Virus record (IMG/VR): IMGVR_UViG_3300032087_006210
Span: 1 to 55,699 of that record
Length of the DNA: 55,699 bases
Reading direction: 5' to 3' (one strand)
DNA from: a virus
Lineage: Duplodnaviria > Caudoviricetes
Within the stretch, counting starts at the first letter, position 1. Every line of letters begins with the position of its first letter. A model generated the notes under the pieces. It did not search any database. It saw nothing but the letters and a program-made list of their open reading frames with translations, and was not told the origin of the DNA. Below are positions 20,038 to 29,601 of the stretch, piece by piece. The position numbers and the translations under genes were made by a program.

Positions 20038-20358
20038 GTGATTTCTAATACTTTGATATTTTGCGAAGGTATTGTTGAGCCACCTACAGAAAGTTTAGCG
20101 GTTAGAAGTTTATGTTTGTATTTAGATGTTTTCAGCGATTCCCCTTCGTTTTTATTTGAGACTGAAAAAGATACTACCGATTTATATTACAACTGGCTTA
20201 AAAAAACAGGTATTAACGATTTTATAGAAGAAATCATACATCCAGAATATAATATAAAAGGTTTGCGTTTATCAGAAACAATGAGGCGTTCACCTTGCTT
20301 TAAAATAGATAGGATATCTTGGGATAATTTAAATTTTATTTTAAGCAAAATATCATAA
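20038..20358 (+). CDS. Hypothetical protein
   Basis: 106 aa; GTGTA motif upstream. Confidence 0.55.
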   Translation: MISNTLIFCEGIVEPPTESLAVRSLCLYLDVFSDSPSFLFETEKDTTDLYYNWLKKTGINDFIEEIIHPEYNIKGLRLSETMRRSPCFKIDRISWDNLNFILSKIS

Positions 20359-20382
20359 CAAGTGTATACATTTTAAAGAAAA

Positions 20383-21465
20383 ATGGAAATCGATTTTACA
20401 AAGAAGATTCTAGCGGCCAACGAAAATAAAACTCTTAACAAGCCTTTCAGGACACCAAAAGGCCCCAAAAAGTTCTCTGTGTACGTCAAGAACGAGAAGG
20501 GCAATGTTGTTAAGGTAAATTTTGGCGATCCAAATATGGAGATCAAAAGAGATGATCCCGATCGTCGCCGCAACTTTCGCGCACGCCATAATTGCTCCAA
20601 TCCCGGACCAAAAACCAAAGCTCGATACTGGTCCTGTAAAATGTGGGAAGCTGGCAAATCTGTCACTGATTACACCAAGGGTTCTGCAGATTGGGATGGA
20701 GTTAGTTTAGCTGACCATGATGAATTATTGAGTATTGATCCAGAGTTAGCTTTTGTTGAAGAAGAGGTTACCGAAGGAGAAGATGATTGTGGTTGCGGCG
20801 GCTGTGGATGCAAAGAAGCTCAAGCTGCTGATGATGATCAAGAATCTGGCATGATTTTATCTCAAATTTCTAAATCTATAGATCAGCTTACTGAACTAAA
20901 ATCGATGATCAATGCAATGCCTGAAGACGCAGACTTTGAAGGTTGGGTTCAATCAAAATTTACAAAAATTGCTGATTATGTAAATAGCGTACATAGTTAT
21001 ATTAAATATTACGAATCCGATGATGAAATGGAAGCGTCTTTTAATTATGACATGACTTCAGAGGAATATGACGAAGTTATGACCATTGAGGATATTATTA
21101 GCGCTGCAAGGCCCGGCCCAAAATCTGCAGCTCAAACTCCAGCCAAACCTAGCGAAAGAAGAAAAGGATCAAGTAAAAACAAGCCGGGAAGCGCTGGAAG
21201 TAAAGGTGGTAAGATTAATTTTTCAGAAAGCATAATTACTTCATTAAAAGAAAAAGTAAAAAAACATAATGCGAAATACTCAAAGAAGGTAACGCTCGGT
21301 CAATTAAAGAAAGTTTATCGCAGAGGAGCTGGAGCGTTCTCTTCGTCTCACAGACCGGGCATGAGCCGCGGAGGATGGGCTATGGCGAGAGTTAATATGT
21401 TTTTGAAGATGAAGAGAGGCGGCAAAGTAAAAGACTCTTACAGGAAGGCTGACGGCGATATATAG
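20383..21465 (+). CDS. Modular phage protein, probably head-associated
   Basis: Modules KVNFGDP...NFRARHNC...ARYWSC, EGWVQSKFTKIADY and LKKVYRRGAGAF...WAMARVN that I associate with large-phage proteins. Confidence 0.55.
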   Translation: MEIDFTKKILAANENKTLNKPFRTPKGPKKFSVYVKNEKGNVVKVNFGDPNMEIKRDDPDRRRNFRARHNCSNPGPKTKARYWSCKMWEAGKSVTDYTKGSADWDGVSLADHDELLSIDPELAFVEEEVTEGEDDCGCGGCGCKEAQAADDDQESGMILSQISKSIDQLTELKSMINAMPEDADFEGWVQSKFTKIADYVNSVHSYIKYYESDDEMEASFNYDMTSEEYDEVMTIEDIISAARPGPKSAAQTPAKPSERRKGSSKNKPGSAGSKGGKINFSESIITSLKEKVKKHNAKYSKKVTLGQLKKVYRRGAGAFSSSHRPGMSRGGWAMARVNMFLKMKRGGKVKDSYRKADGDI

Positions 21466-21474
21466 GTATAAATT

Positions 21475-22326
21475 ATGGGCGTTGACTACGGACCACCTTA
21501 CGGATCTCATCCCAATCTTCCAGATGGATTTAATTTAGCTCCATCTAGAAATCTTAACGTCAATCTTAATTACATTTGGGACGAAAACAACCAATATTGG
21601 ACTCCAGAAAAAGGAAGTTCTTTAACTTATGAGTCAATTATTGGCCAAGCAAAAGATCATATACATAAATTTGGAAGTAATCCTGATGTATCTAATACAG
21701 TTAGCTCCACTTCGCCCGAAACTGTTTGGGATGGCTCTGATGAATATACTTTTCCGCCTGACGGAGGAACCGGAATACAAATAAAATCATCACAAGCAGA
21801 TACTCAAGAATTTGTTGTTCAAGGTTTAGATGAGAATTTTGAAAGTCAATACTGGACAGGTAATTTAAATGGCACGAATGCTGTAAATATAGATGGAACT
21901 TGGAGTAGGGTTTTTAGAGCTTACAATAACGGAACAACTGATTACGGAGGAACTGTTGACATTCACGCCAGCGGTGATGCTTCTACTGTTTATGCAAAAT
22001 CATTAGCTGGCAATAACCAAACTTTAATGGCTGTTTATACTGTGCCTGCAACTTGCACCGGTTATTTATTAGGATATCATATGTCTGCGCATAATCCGGG
22101 CAGTGCAACTGAAATTGGATACACGGCGCAAGTTAAAACAAGAGAATATGGCAAAGTCTTTCGTGTTCAAGAAGTTACATCTGTGACTACCAGCTCCTTA
22201 GCTGAAAACTCTTATCCATTTCCATTACAACTACCTCCAAAAACAGATATTATCGTAAATGTTGTATCAGCGAATGGTAACAACGGGGCGGTTGATGCTG
22301 ACTTTGATATAGCTTTACTTTATTGA
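21475..22326 (+). CDS. Putative virion protein
   Basis: HKFGSNPDV...ETVWDG; G/T/N-rich beta composition. Confidence 0.5.
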   Translation: MGVDYGPPYGSHPNLPDGFNLAPSRNLNVNLNYIWDENNQYWTPEKGSSLTYESIIGQAKDHIHKFGSNPDVSNTVSSTSPETVWDGSDEYTFPPDGGTGIQIKSSQADTQEFVVQGLDENFESQYWTGNLNGTNAVNIDGTWSRVFRAYNNGTTDYGGTVDIHASGDASTVYAKSLAGNNQTLMAVYTVPATCTGYLLGYHMSAHNPGSATEIGYTAQVKTREYGKVFRVQEVTSVTTSSLAENSYPFPLQLPPKTDIIVNVVSANGNNGAVDADFDIALLY

Positions 22327-22535
22327 TTTTGATTTTTACGATCGACACATTCGCTCATTAAAGGCCACTCTAGGTTGGAGTAGTTTTTCATTTCCTTAAT
22401 TTCTCTTCGGCATCTGTCGCACTCGAATTTAGTTTTAGCTCCAGTGACCCATCTAATTGGGTTTTGGGTTACATGACCACAAGCGCAAAACCATTTTCTA
22501 GCTTCTTTTGGTTTTTGGAATGGATCAAAACTCAT
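22320..22535 (-). CDS. Small zinc-binding protein
   Basis: CACG...CDRC. Confidence 0.55.
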   Translation of the reverse strand: MSFDPFQKPKEARKWFCACGHVTQNPIRWVTGAKTKFECDRCRREIKEMKNYSNLEWPLMSECVDRKNQNQ

Positions 22536-23524
22536 GCTAAGATAGTGTTTTGAAAAAAGTCTAAAACGGCTGCAGGTTTGAATTTATCGGCGACAACTCC
22601 TCCTGTAAATAGAGGAGCATCTACATATTGTTGATAAAGTGAGTCGTCTTGGTCTATTTCTTTAATTCTTTCCACCAAAGCGTCCACCGACTCAAAATCA
22701 TTCAAATTAATAAATGATTGAGGATTGAAATCATTTGAAACGCTAGAGTGCCCCCAGTATATAGGTACCGCTCCAGCAGTTTTAGCGTGAAAAAGTTTTT
22801 CTGTGTGATAGCCCTCACGAATAGCATTCTCAAAACATATCACAAACTTATAATCTTTATAAATTTCGTACTTTCTTTTTTCGTATGGGTAAAAATCATT
22901 ACCAAACAATTGCCCATAACCATCAACTTTTTTGTAAGCGCTTAATTTTTCATGAATTTCTTCTCTGGGATTTTGCCAACTATTATTAAAAATTTGAACG
23001 CAGAACTTCGTCTTCTCAGTTCTTTTGTACTCATTGTCGTTGATTTGATCTTCTGGCAATAAAAAGTCTGGCTCACCGAAAGCCTCTTTGTTAAACCAAT
23101 TTATTTGATAAGCCCACCAAGGAAATCTATAATATCTAGAATCATCTATTACATCGTGAGCCAAAGCAAAATCACATTGACCATAAAAATAATCTCTATC
23201 TCCCGAGCCTTCGTTAAAACTTATTAATTTTCCGTTTTTTCTTGTCTTTATGCTTACTGGCGGAGGATAGGTGCTTTTATCGAATAACGGAGGAACGCCT
23301 TCTATAGTATAGAAAACTTTTTTTGCATTAGTGTCTTTAAATGAATCTCTTTCTATTTTTCGCCAAGGGTCAGATGATAAAAATAATATATCTGGATTTT
23401 CTTTGTCCAGTTCTACATCGTAAACAGTATCTAGCAAATAGTAAAAATAATTATTGTTGTGCCAAAAGTTTGGCCAAAAATCAATAAAATGTAATTTTAA
23501 TTTATCTCCAGTATTTATGCTCAT
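22532..23524 (-). CDS. Glycosyltransferase family 10 (alpha-1,3-fucosyltransferase-like)
   Basis: YKFVICFENAIREGYHTEKLFHA...GAVPIYWG GT10 motif. Confidence 0.9.
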   Translation of the reverse strand: MSINTGDKLKLHFIDFWPNFWHNNNYFYYLLDTVYDVELDKENPDILFLSSDPWRKIERDSFKDTNAKKVFYTIEGVPPLFDKSTYPPPVSIKTRKNGKLISFNEGSGDRDYFYGQCDFALAHDVIDDSRYYRFPWWAYQINWFNKEAFGEPDFLLPEDQINDNEYKRTEKTKFCVQIFNNSWQNPREEIHEKLSAYKKVDGYGQLFGNDFYPYEKRKYEIYKDYKFVICFENAIREGYHTEKLFHAKTAGAVPIYWGHSSVSNDFNPQSFINLNDFESVDALVERIKEIDQDDSLYQQYVDAPLFTGGVVADKFKPAAVLDFFQNTILA

Positions 23525-23840
23525 AATCAGGTGTGTTTTCTTTTAGAAGGGTTTCTCGCCACTCTGCTTTAGAATGTTCAGAAAGTAAAATGTGATTACC
23601 CGTGTTTGTGTCTTCGGATGGAGTCCATCTTCTTGCTAGTTGATACATTTGAGCTTCTTCATATTCAAACATATGTGTCAAGTTAGCAAACTTTTTTAAA
23701 AGTGTTCTACGAGGCGGTGGGTTTATTCCTCTTTCTATTTTGCGCCACATAGTTTTTTTCACTCCTAATATTTTAACAAATTTATCAAGGTTCTTAAAAT
23801 ACTTTAATCTATACTCTTTGATATAAACATTGAACTTCAT
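23502..23840 (-). CDS. XRE-family HTH protein
   Basis: IKEYRLK...FVKILGVKKTMWRKIERGINPPP. Confidence 0.7.
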   Translation of the reverse strand: MKFNVYIKEYRLKYFKNLDKFVKILGVKKTMWRKIERGINPPPRRTLLKKFANLTHMFEYEEAQMYQLARRWTPSEDTNTGNHILLSEHSKAEWRETLLKENTPDYEHKYWR

Positions 23841-24058
23841 TTTTCCAATTCGTTTATATATCTATTTAAATCGCAACACTCTTCAAGTAAATTAATAGCG
23901 GTGGTTCTCCAATATTTTCCTACATCTCGCAAAGCTTCGTTCTGATCTCGTAAAGCTTCAAGTTCTTGTTGTGCTTTATCGATAAAGGGACACGTATCCC
24001 CCGGTATTTCAGGGCAATCCTCTGTTAAATCTTTGTATCCTTTTGTCGGGAACTGCAT
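23837..24058 (-). CDS. Hypothetical protein
   Basis: 73 aa; TCPFID...LEALRDQNEALR. Confidence 0.6.
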   Translation of the reverse strand: MQFPTKGYKDLTEDCPEIPGDTCPFIDKAQQELEALRDQNEALRDVGKYWRTTAINLLEECCDLNRYINELEK

Positions 24059-24060
24059 TT

Positions 24061-24750
24061 TTATTTTTTTCGATCTCGGCTTCTTTCGTCGTATTGCCTA
24101 CGTCTCTCATTAGTTTCTATTTTGCGGTCTATTTTTTCTTGTCCGCTTTGAAGTCTTTCAAGCCTCTGAAGAATATATTCTTTTTTTTCTTTATCGTCTA
24201 TTCTATCTATATACTCTAAGCCCTTTTGTATAATTCTTGGATCTACTTTTGGTCGCCTAGAAGGAACAGTGATAACGTTTGGCTTAGGGGTTGTTGGTGC
24301 TGGTGCAGCAATTTTAACTAATTCACGCTTGTCGTCTTTCTTTTTTATGATTGTGGGTTTAGCGTTGAGCTTGGGTAATGTGACGATGGACGGTAGCTTG
24401 TGAGTGTCAAACGAAAGTAGCTCTGTCACCCCATTATTATCTACTTTCACTAATCCTCTCTCTACACTTAACAGTGTTACTCCGCTATCTGTTCTCCTTT
24501 TGGAGGACAAGGTCAAGAACCTTTTTGGCACATCTTTAGAAAACATGTAGACATTGGTAACTCCTCTCCTAGTTATAATTCCAGTAAGGTTTAGTTTGAT
24601 AGGTGGTTTCTCTAGGAGCTTTGGTAGCTCGACTTTAGCTGGAGGTTTGTCTAATAGCGAAAAAGCATTTCTATCAGTAATTACGTCATAATTTCTCTGC
24701 TCTGCGCTGACAGAACTAGCCAATAATAAAGGTAATAACAATTTCTTCAT
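24061..24750 (-). CDS. Secreted protein, GspC/PilP-like beta domain
   Basis: Signal peptide; RNAF...LNLTGII...VTLLSVERGLVKV; Pro/Lys-rich tail. Confidence 0.45.
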   Translation of the reverse strand: MKKLLLPLLLASSVSAEQRNYDVITDRNAFSLLDKPPAKVELPKLLEKPPIKLNLTGIITRRGVTNVYMFSKDVPKRFLTLSSKRRTDSGVTLLSVERGLVKVDNNGVTELLSFDTHKLPSIVTLPKLNAKPTIIKKKDDKRELVKIAAPAPTTPKPNVITVPSRRPKVDPRIIQKGLEYIDRIDDKEKKEYILQRLERLQSGQEKIDRKIETNERRRQYDERSRDRKK

Positions 24751-24758
24751 TTCTTTTA

Positions 24759-24974
24759 CTAACTATAAATTTTAAATATGGACTCAGCTAGGTTAATAGC
24801 TTTTTCTTTGTTCAAAACAACGTCCCAACAAAGATTTTTAGAATCATCAACTTCTTCAGGGCTACAAGAGTAATGGGTAATAGAAATACTCTCCTCATCG
24901 TCAAACTTAGTTATTCTCAAGAGATGGGCTTGACAGTCGCAGTCGGTAATTACATCGTGAGTAATATTATTCAT
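24759..24974 (-). CDS. Hypothetical protein
   Basis: 71 aa in operon; CDC..H. Confidence 0.55.
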   Translation of the reverse strand: MNNITHDVITDCDCQAHLLRITKFDDEESISITHYSCSPEEVDDSKNLCWDVVLNKEKAINLAESIFKIYS

Positions 24975-25210
24975 TTTTTTACTTTTATAGGTTCATGCTG
25001 CCTTGTTGTGTATATATGATGTAATTCATCATATGCTTCATTATAATTCCATCTTGGGCATTTTAAAGACATAGTTCTATGTTTTGGATAATCTTCTTGC
25101 CAAACCCATTTGCCAGCGCATCCTACAGTCATTAAACATAAAGTCAAGCCTATTATGGGGATATATAAAGTCCACCTTTCTAAAAATTTTATTTCTTTGT
25201 CAATATCCAC
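24971..25210 (-). CDS. Putative lipoprotein
   Basis: Hydrophobic stretch ending TVGC. Confidence 0.5.
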   Translation of the reverse strand: MDIDKEIKFLERWTLYIPIIGLTLCLMTVGCAGKWVWQEDYPKHRTMSLKCPRWNYNEAYDELHHIYTTRQHEPIKVKK

Positions 25211-25212
25211 GC

Positions 25213-25554
25213 TCAGTCGTCTTTTCTTGTTGGGGTGCGCTTGGGGGGCACACCTTTGCTAATCGGCCTGCTAGGGGCATTTACGGGCCGCTGTGGCCTA
25301 TTTGGGAGCGGCTTCGACTTAGTCACATGCTCATGGTAATGTATTTGCCTTGGGGTATAGTGATGATAGTGATGGTGATCTACATGGTGATCAAAATGGT
25401 GATGATGGTCACAATGATGATGATCGCAATCGACAACTTCCCAATTAGCACACCCTGTCAATAAAAATAACAATAAAAATGCTGACATGCCTGCTATTAT
25501 TACTTTTAGACAATCAAATGCTATATTTGCGTTATTTTTAAAAATTTTTTTCAT
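25213..25554 (-). CDS. His-rich lipoprotein
   Basis: LLTGC lipobox then DHHHCDHHHHFDHHVDHHHYHH. Confidence 0.6.
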   Translation of the reverse strand: MKKIFKNNANIAFDCLKVIIAGMSAFLLLFLLTGCANWEVVDCDHHHCDHHHHFDHHVDHHHYHHYTPRQIHYHEHVTKSKPLPNRPQRPVNAPSRPISKGVPPKRTPTRKDD

Positions 25555-25757
25555 TTTTTAAATTTACACTTTAAAATGTTTATAATGTACCGTGGGGCCA
25601 CAAACACCCAACCTAAAAACATAAAAAATACCTCTAAGATCTTTTGTATTTTATTCATTTGTCTTTTTTCTTGATTTATGAGTTGATTTATATTTTTTAG
25701 CGCTTTTTCGTCTGCCGTCCATCTTTCGTCTTTCCAAGAAATACAATATATTTTCAT
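25551..25757 (-). CDS. Small membrane protein
   Basis: 68 aa, C-terminal hydrophobic segment. Confidence 0.4.
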   Translation of the reverse strand: MKIYCISWKDERWTADEKALKNINQLINQEKRQMNKIQKILEVFFMFLGWVFVAPRYIINILKCKFKK

Positions 25758-25893
25758 CTAATACCTGAGCCTACTTTTTCGAACATTAAGTCTTTAGTTG
25801 CCATATCGCCTCTAGGCTCACAAGACGAAACTGACACCGCTATAATAAATATAAGCCCTATCAGACACAAGACAAAATGTTTTTGCTTATCAT

Positions 25894-26124
25894 TCATATT
25901 GTAATATTCAACAACTCAAATTGTGTTGATAGCTGTATTTTACTTGCAACATATTCCTCAAAAAGTGTTTTTTCGTTTGCGCGTCTTTGTAGCGAGTTGG
26001 CCGCAAAGTCAGCTTCACGCACCCGTCTGTCTTGCCACGATTGTATTCCCTTTGAGTATATATCATTATCTTGTATTGTCCATGGCTTATACAATTGGGA
26101 AACCAGTTGAACTTTCCCTATCAT
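25894..26124 (-). CDS. Hypothetical protein
   Basis: 76 aa coupled to cyclase stop. Confidence 0.5.
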   Translation of the reverse strand: MIGKVQLVSQLYKPWTIQDNDIYSKGIQSWQDRRVREADFAANSLQRRANEKTLFEEYVASKIQLSTQFELLNITI

Positions 26125-27662
26125 TCAAGTTCAACTCTTTTTGTACCTCTCCAGTCCGGAAACTCTGTTCTGCCGAAGCCCGGACCATATGCCGTCCACA
26201 TATGAACTGTAGACCCATGCTTAACTATGACCTGCCCCCAATCTTCGAACTTCAATCCGGGGATATCCATTTCACAAACATATTGATGCACATGATTAGA
26301 AACTAAAATATGATCATTATCCCCAGCGTCCATGCAACGCTGGGCCATGTTGATGCCATCGCCCGAAACATTAGGGTTATCGTTGATATCTTTTACCGGA
26401 ACTACCGGTCCGGTATACAAACCCATTCTTAATCCAATTTGAGCATGTTTATATACTTTTTTTCCTACGTCCACGGCGCATTTAAATGCAGCGTGAACCG
26501 AATTAAAAAAAACTAAAGCCATACCGTCTCCGGTAGGCAATATAATCAATTTACCTTGTCTTTGAGCTTGCTGAAAGCTTTGGGTGCCTTTTACATACGA
26601 TATAAGTTCATCTGTTACTTTTTTTTGCTCTGCCGTACTTTTTTTGGAATATCCAACTATATCCATAAAAAATGTATGAGCTTCGCACGGTCTATCGTAC
26701 TCGAGCGATTCGCCTTTTAATTTAAATGGATCTTCTCCCCACTTCCATTTAATAACTCGCTGTCTTTTTTTCTTTTCTTCTTCTTGTTGGATTTTCTTTC
26801 TAGCTTCGGCGGCCTGACTCTCTTTTTGTTTCATTTGCGCGGCTGCCGCCTCTAATCTTTTTATTTTATCAGATTTAGACTCGAATAATTTGCCCAGCAA
26901 TCCTTCTGGTTGCTTAGGAACATCTTCGTATGTTAGACCTTTGAATTCCGGCTCATCATTACCAACTTTAATTTGACCTGCGGATTTTTTATATTTTACT
27001 TGGCCTCTTGTAGAATGCTTCATTGCGCCTTTGGAAACCAAATATTTTAGCATCTCCTCATTTTCATTATCGTTTGCTATTTCCCAAGGATTAAGTTGGT
27101 CTAGCTCTGGCTCAAATGTAGATCCGTTTACATTAGCTTTGTTTTCTACTAATAATTTAACTATATCAAAATTACCTATCTCAACAGCATAATGTATGGG
27201 CATCCAACCTCTATTATCTCTTTCATTTATTTTTATAGAGTCATCTTCAAGTAAACATTCGATTTCATCGATATCTTGCATTTGAACTGCTTGATGCAAG
27301 TTCAATTCTTCTGCGCAAAATTCTCCACCCTTTGATATGAGATTGTTTAGTATTTTTGTTCGATGAGGACCTTCGGCAACGTCCATAGGATGAACAATGG
27401 AAATTTTATGTTCTTTATTATCTTCTAATGCCAAATTCCAATCATTTTGTTTTTTTGGTTGAGGAGGTTTGCTTTTTATGTTTGGATTGACACCTGCATC
27501 CAAAATAATTTGAACTATCTTGGCTTTACTATAGTTTGCAGCATAATGAAGCGGACTCCAGCCTTGTTCATCATCTAACGACAAAAAAGCCCTCTTGTTA
27601 GAGAGAGCTTTCTTGATTCCTTTGATATTGCCTGTACTCGCTAAAGTATGGATATCTCCCAT
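26121..27662 (-). CDS. Ankyrin-repeat plus class III nucleotide cyclase
   Basis: GWSPLHYAA/GWMPIHYAV ankyrins; FMDIVGYS, TGDG, LRMGLYTGPV, GDGINMAQR cyclase motifs. Confidence 0.9.
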   Translation of the reverse strand: MGDIHTLASTGNIKGIKKALSNKRAFLSLDDEQGWSPLHYAANYSKAKIVQIILDAGVNPNIKSKPPQPKKQNDWNLALEDNKEHKISIVHPMDVAEGPHRTKILNNLISKGGEFCAEELNLHQAVQMQDIDEIECLLEDDSIKINERDNRGWMPIHYAVEIGNFDIVKLLVENKANVNGSTFEPELDQLNPWEIANDNENEEMLKYLVSKGAMKHSTRGQVKYKKSAGQIKVGNDEPEFKGLTYEDVPKQPEGLLGKLFESKSDKIKRLEAAAAQMKQKESQAAEARKKIQQEEEKKKRQRVIKWKWGEDPFKLKGESLEYDRPCEAHTFFMDIVGYSKKSTAEQKKVTDELISYVKGTQSFQQAQRQGKLIILPTGDGMALVFFNSVHAAFKCAVDVGKKVYKHAQIGLRMGLYTGPVVPVKDINDNPNVSGDGINMAQRCMDAGDNDHILVSNHVHQYVCEMDIPGLKFEDWGQVIVKHGSTVHMWTAYGPGFGRTEFPDWRGTKRVELE

Positions 27663-27677
27663 GTAATATTATTACAC

Positions 27678-27839
27678 TTAATCTTCATTCTTTTCGGCGG
27701 CTTCATCTATCAAATCTGAAATCTGTTTTTCTAATTCTTTGATTTCTTCACGATAACCGGCGGCTGTAGATTTTAGTTCTGTTTTGAGTTGAATGACTTG
27801 TTTAACAAGGTCAACAATTTCTTTTTCTTTATTTTCCAT
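27678..27839 (-). CDS. Small coiled-coil protein (53 aa, not in ORF track)
   Basis: MENKEKEIVDLVKQVIQLKTELK... Confidence 0.5.
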   Translation of the reverse strand: MENKEKEIVDLVKQVIQLKTELKSTAAGYREEIKELEKQISDLIDEAAEKNED

Positions 27840-27871
27840 ATGGTATAATAAGTATTAGATTTTAATTTCTA

Positions 27872-28606
27872 TTATGGATTTGATATTTCAATGACTTTTC
27901 TCCAGTTTTGCGGCATACGTCCGGTGAATTCAATTGTTTTAGCTTGAAGCGAATTGTTTAAAACCCAAACTGCTGTTCCAGCAGGTAAGAAATGTGATGG
28001 ATAGTCCCATTCTTCAAAGTCTGGGTCGTAAGAGTTGATTATCCATTTATTGTTGGTGTATTCGTATAAAACAAAATTAGGTGTTGCCCCAAAAATGTCA
28101 GTTACAGTATTATTGTGATAAGAAAACGGTATATGCAGCATGGAAAATCCTGAAGGTATAGATTTTCTTAATTTATATATAGCTGAAGTATTTCCTATTT
28201 CTAATATATAACCATTATAAACATGATCATTTTCCATATTTCTCATGCCCCCTCCATGCCATTCTCCATATTTATGATCATTAGAGTATTTTCCCGGTCC
28301 ATAGCCTACTCGCCAAGGTATATAATGCGAAGATTCGCCTGTGATCCAAGAGCCTCCATTTTCTGTGGTAGCCCCTATAGCCCATGAAATATCAACTGAA
28401 GAAATCATTAAAGGAAATAATTTTTTTAATTTATCTTCTTCTTCTGTAGTAGTGATGGTTACTAAATAACCTCCTCTTGATTCAGCGTCCGCTTTTGCTT
28501 CTAGCCACGTATACGTTTTATCATTAATCAGCTTGTAAGTATTTGGTCCAGCCATTAAAGAAACGGCGCTAAAAAGTATTATTAAAAATAAATATAATTT
28601 CGTCAT
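27872..28606 (-). CDS. Secreted C-type lectin domain protein
   Basis: Signal peptide; TWLEAKADAESRGGYLVTITTTEE, WITGE, YILE; leaderless start after TTGACA-17-CAAACT. Confidence 0.8.
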   Translation of the reverse strand: MTKLYLFLIILFSAVSLMAGPNTYKLINDKTYTWLEAKADAESRGGYLVTITTTEEEDKLKKLFPLMISSVDISWAIGATTENGGSWITGESSHYIPWRVGYGPGKYSNDHKYGEWHGGGMRNMENDHVYNGYILEIGNTSAIYKLRKSIPSGFSMLHIPFSYHNNTVTDIFGATPNFVLYEYTNNKWIINSYDPDFEEWDYPSHFLPAGTAVWVLNNSLQAKTIEFTGRMPQNWRKVIEISNP

Positions 28607-28649
28607 GCGAAAAGTTTGTTTGTTTTTGTTTGGATTGTCAAGAAAAATT

Positions 28650-29306
28650 TTAAAACTCATATTTAAAAATATCTACATCTACCTTAAAATGATCGTAAAT
28701 AATTTGTTTTTCTTTTTCTCCGTACCAAGCTTGGTATTTTTTTTGAGCTTCATTATTGTTGTTTTGCTTATGTGGAAGCTTTAAGTCAGGTAGCCCCAAA
28801 TTCTTCAGTGTATCTTCGAATTCTGTTTTTAAATTCTCAAAATGTAAAAATTTATCCACAAGGCATTTAAAATCATCACAATGAGCTTCGTATTGAGAAG
28901 CAAAATTTTGTTTAACAAAGCTAGTAGCTTCTACAGCCCAACCGCGAGCACAATTATCATAAACGTCCATAGCCTCGTTTAAACTTGCTTTAACTACTTT
29001 AGCGCTCTCATAATTAGGTGATCCATCTGGGTTCAAAGATCCCTGTTTAATATAAGTTAGATTTTTACTAAAAGTCGCTAAAACCCAATCCCATGGGTTT
29101 CTCACCACAGCAAATTTGAAATATTTTTTAAGTTCTTGATTAGATTCATTAAAAAAATCTCGAGGACAAATGTGTTTAGTTCCATTGTTATCATCATATT
29201 GTTTTGCGTCGTCATGATATGGCCCTAAAGCAGCTTGTATAGAAGAAGTGGCGCAATTTCCCACTGGACAGAAATAAATAAATTTATATTTATGCGAAAT
29301 AACCAT
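28650..29306 (-). CDS. Sulfotransferase family 2 protein
   Basis: ISHKYKFIYF...ATSSIQ, YFKFAVVRNPWDW, HFENL; start moved to MVISHK. Confidence 0.8.
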   Translation of the reverse strand: MVISHKYKFIYFCPVGNCATSSIQAALGPYHDDAKQYDDNNGTKHICPRDFFNESNQELKKYFKFAVVRNPWDWVLATFSKNLTYIKQGSLNPDGSPNYESAKVVKASLNEAMDVYDNCARGWAVEATSFVKQNFASQYEAHCDDFKCLVDKFLHFENLKTEFEDTLKNLGLPDLKLPHKQNNNNEAQKKYQAWYGEKEKQIIYDHFKVDVDIFKYEF

Positions 29307-29528
29307 TGTTGATTGTATATTTTTTTGTTTGAATTTAAATAGGGCCGCCGATTTTTTTGATTTAGTAAAATTTTGTTTTGTTTGGTTTTGGTTTACATAT
29401 TGAAAAAAAGCACCCCCCGCCGTTATTATAAACATATCATAGTATAAAATTTCAAAAAATGGGTAGGGTTATTGTCAAAAACAATAATTTTAGGCCTAAA
29501 ATTTTTTTAATTTTTTTTGATTTAGGGC

Positions 29529-29556
29529 TTGCAATTTTCTGTGGTTCTGCTATACT
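29529..29556 (+). promoter_or_regulatory. First sigma70-type early promoter of the island
   Basis: TTGCAA-16-TATACT, nearly identical to promoters at 31448 and about 32666. Confidence 0.8.
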
Positions 29557-29601
29557 GTTTTCAGCAAGCGGGGGAAGACCCGCACAACATAAAAAAAAGT
29601 T

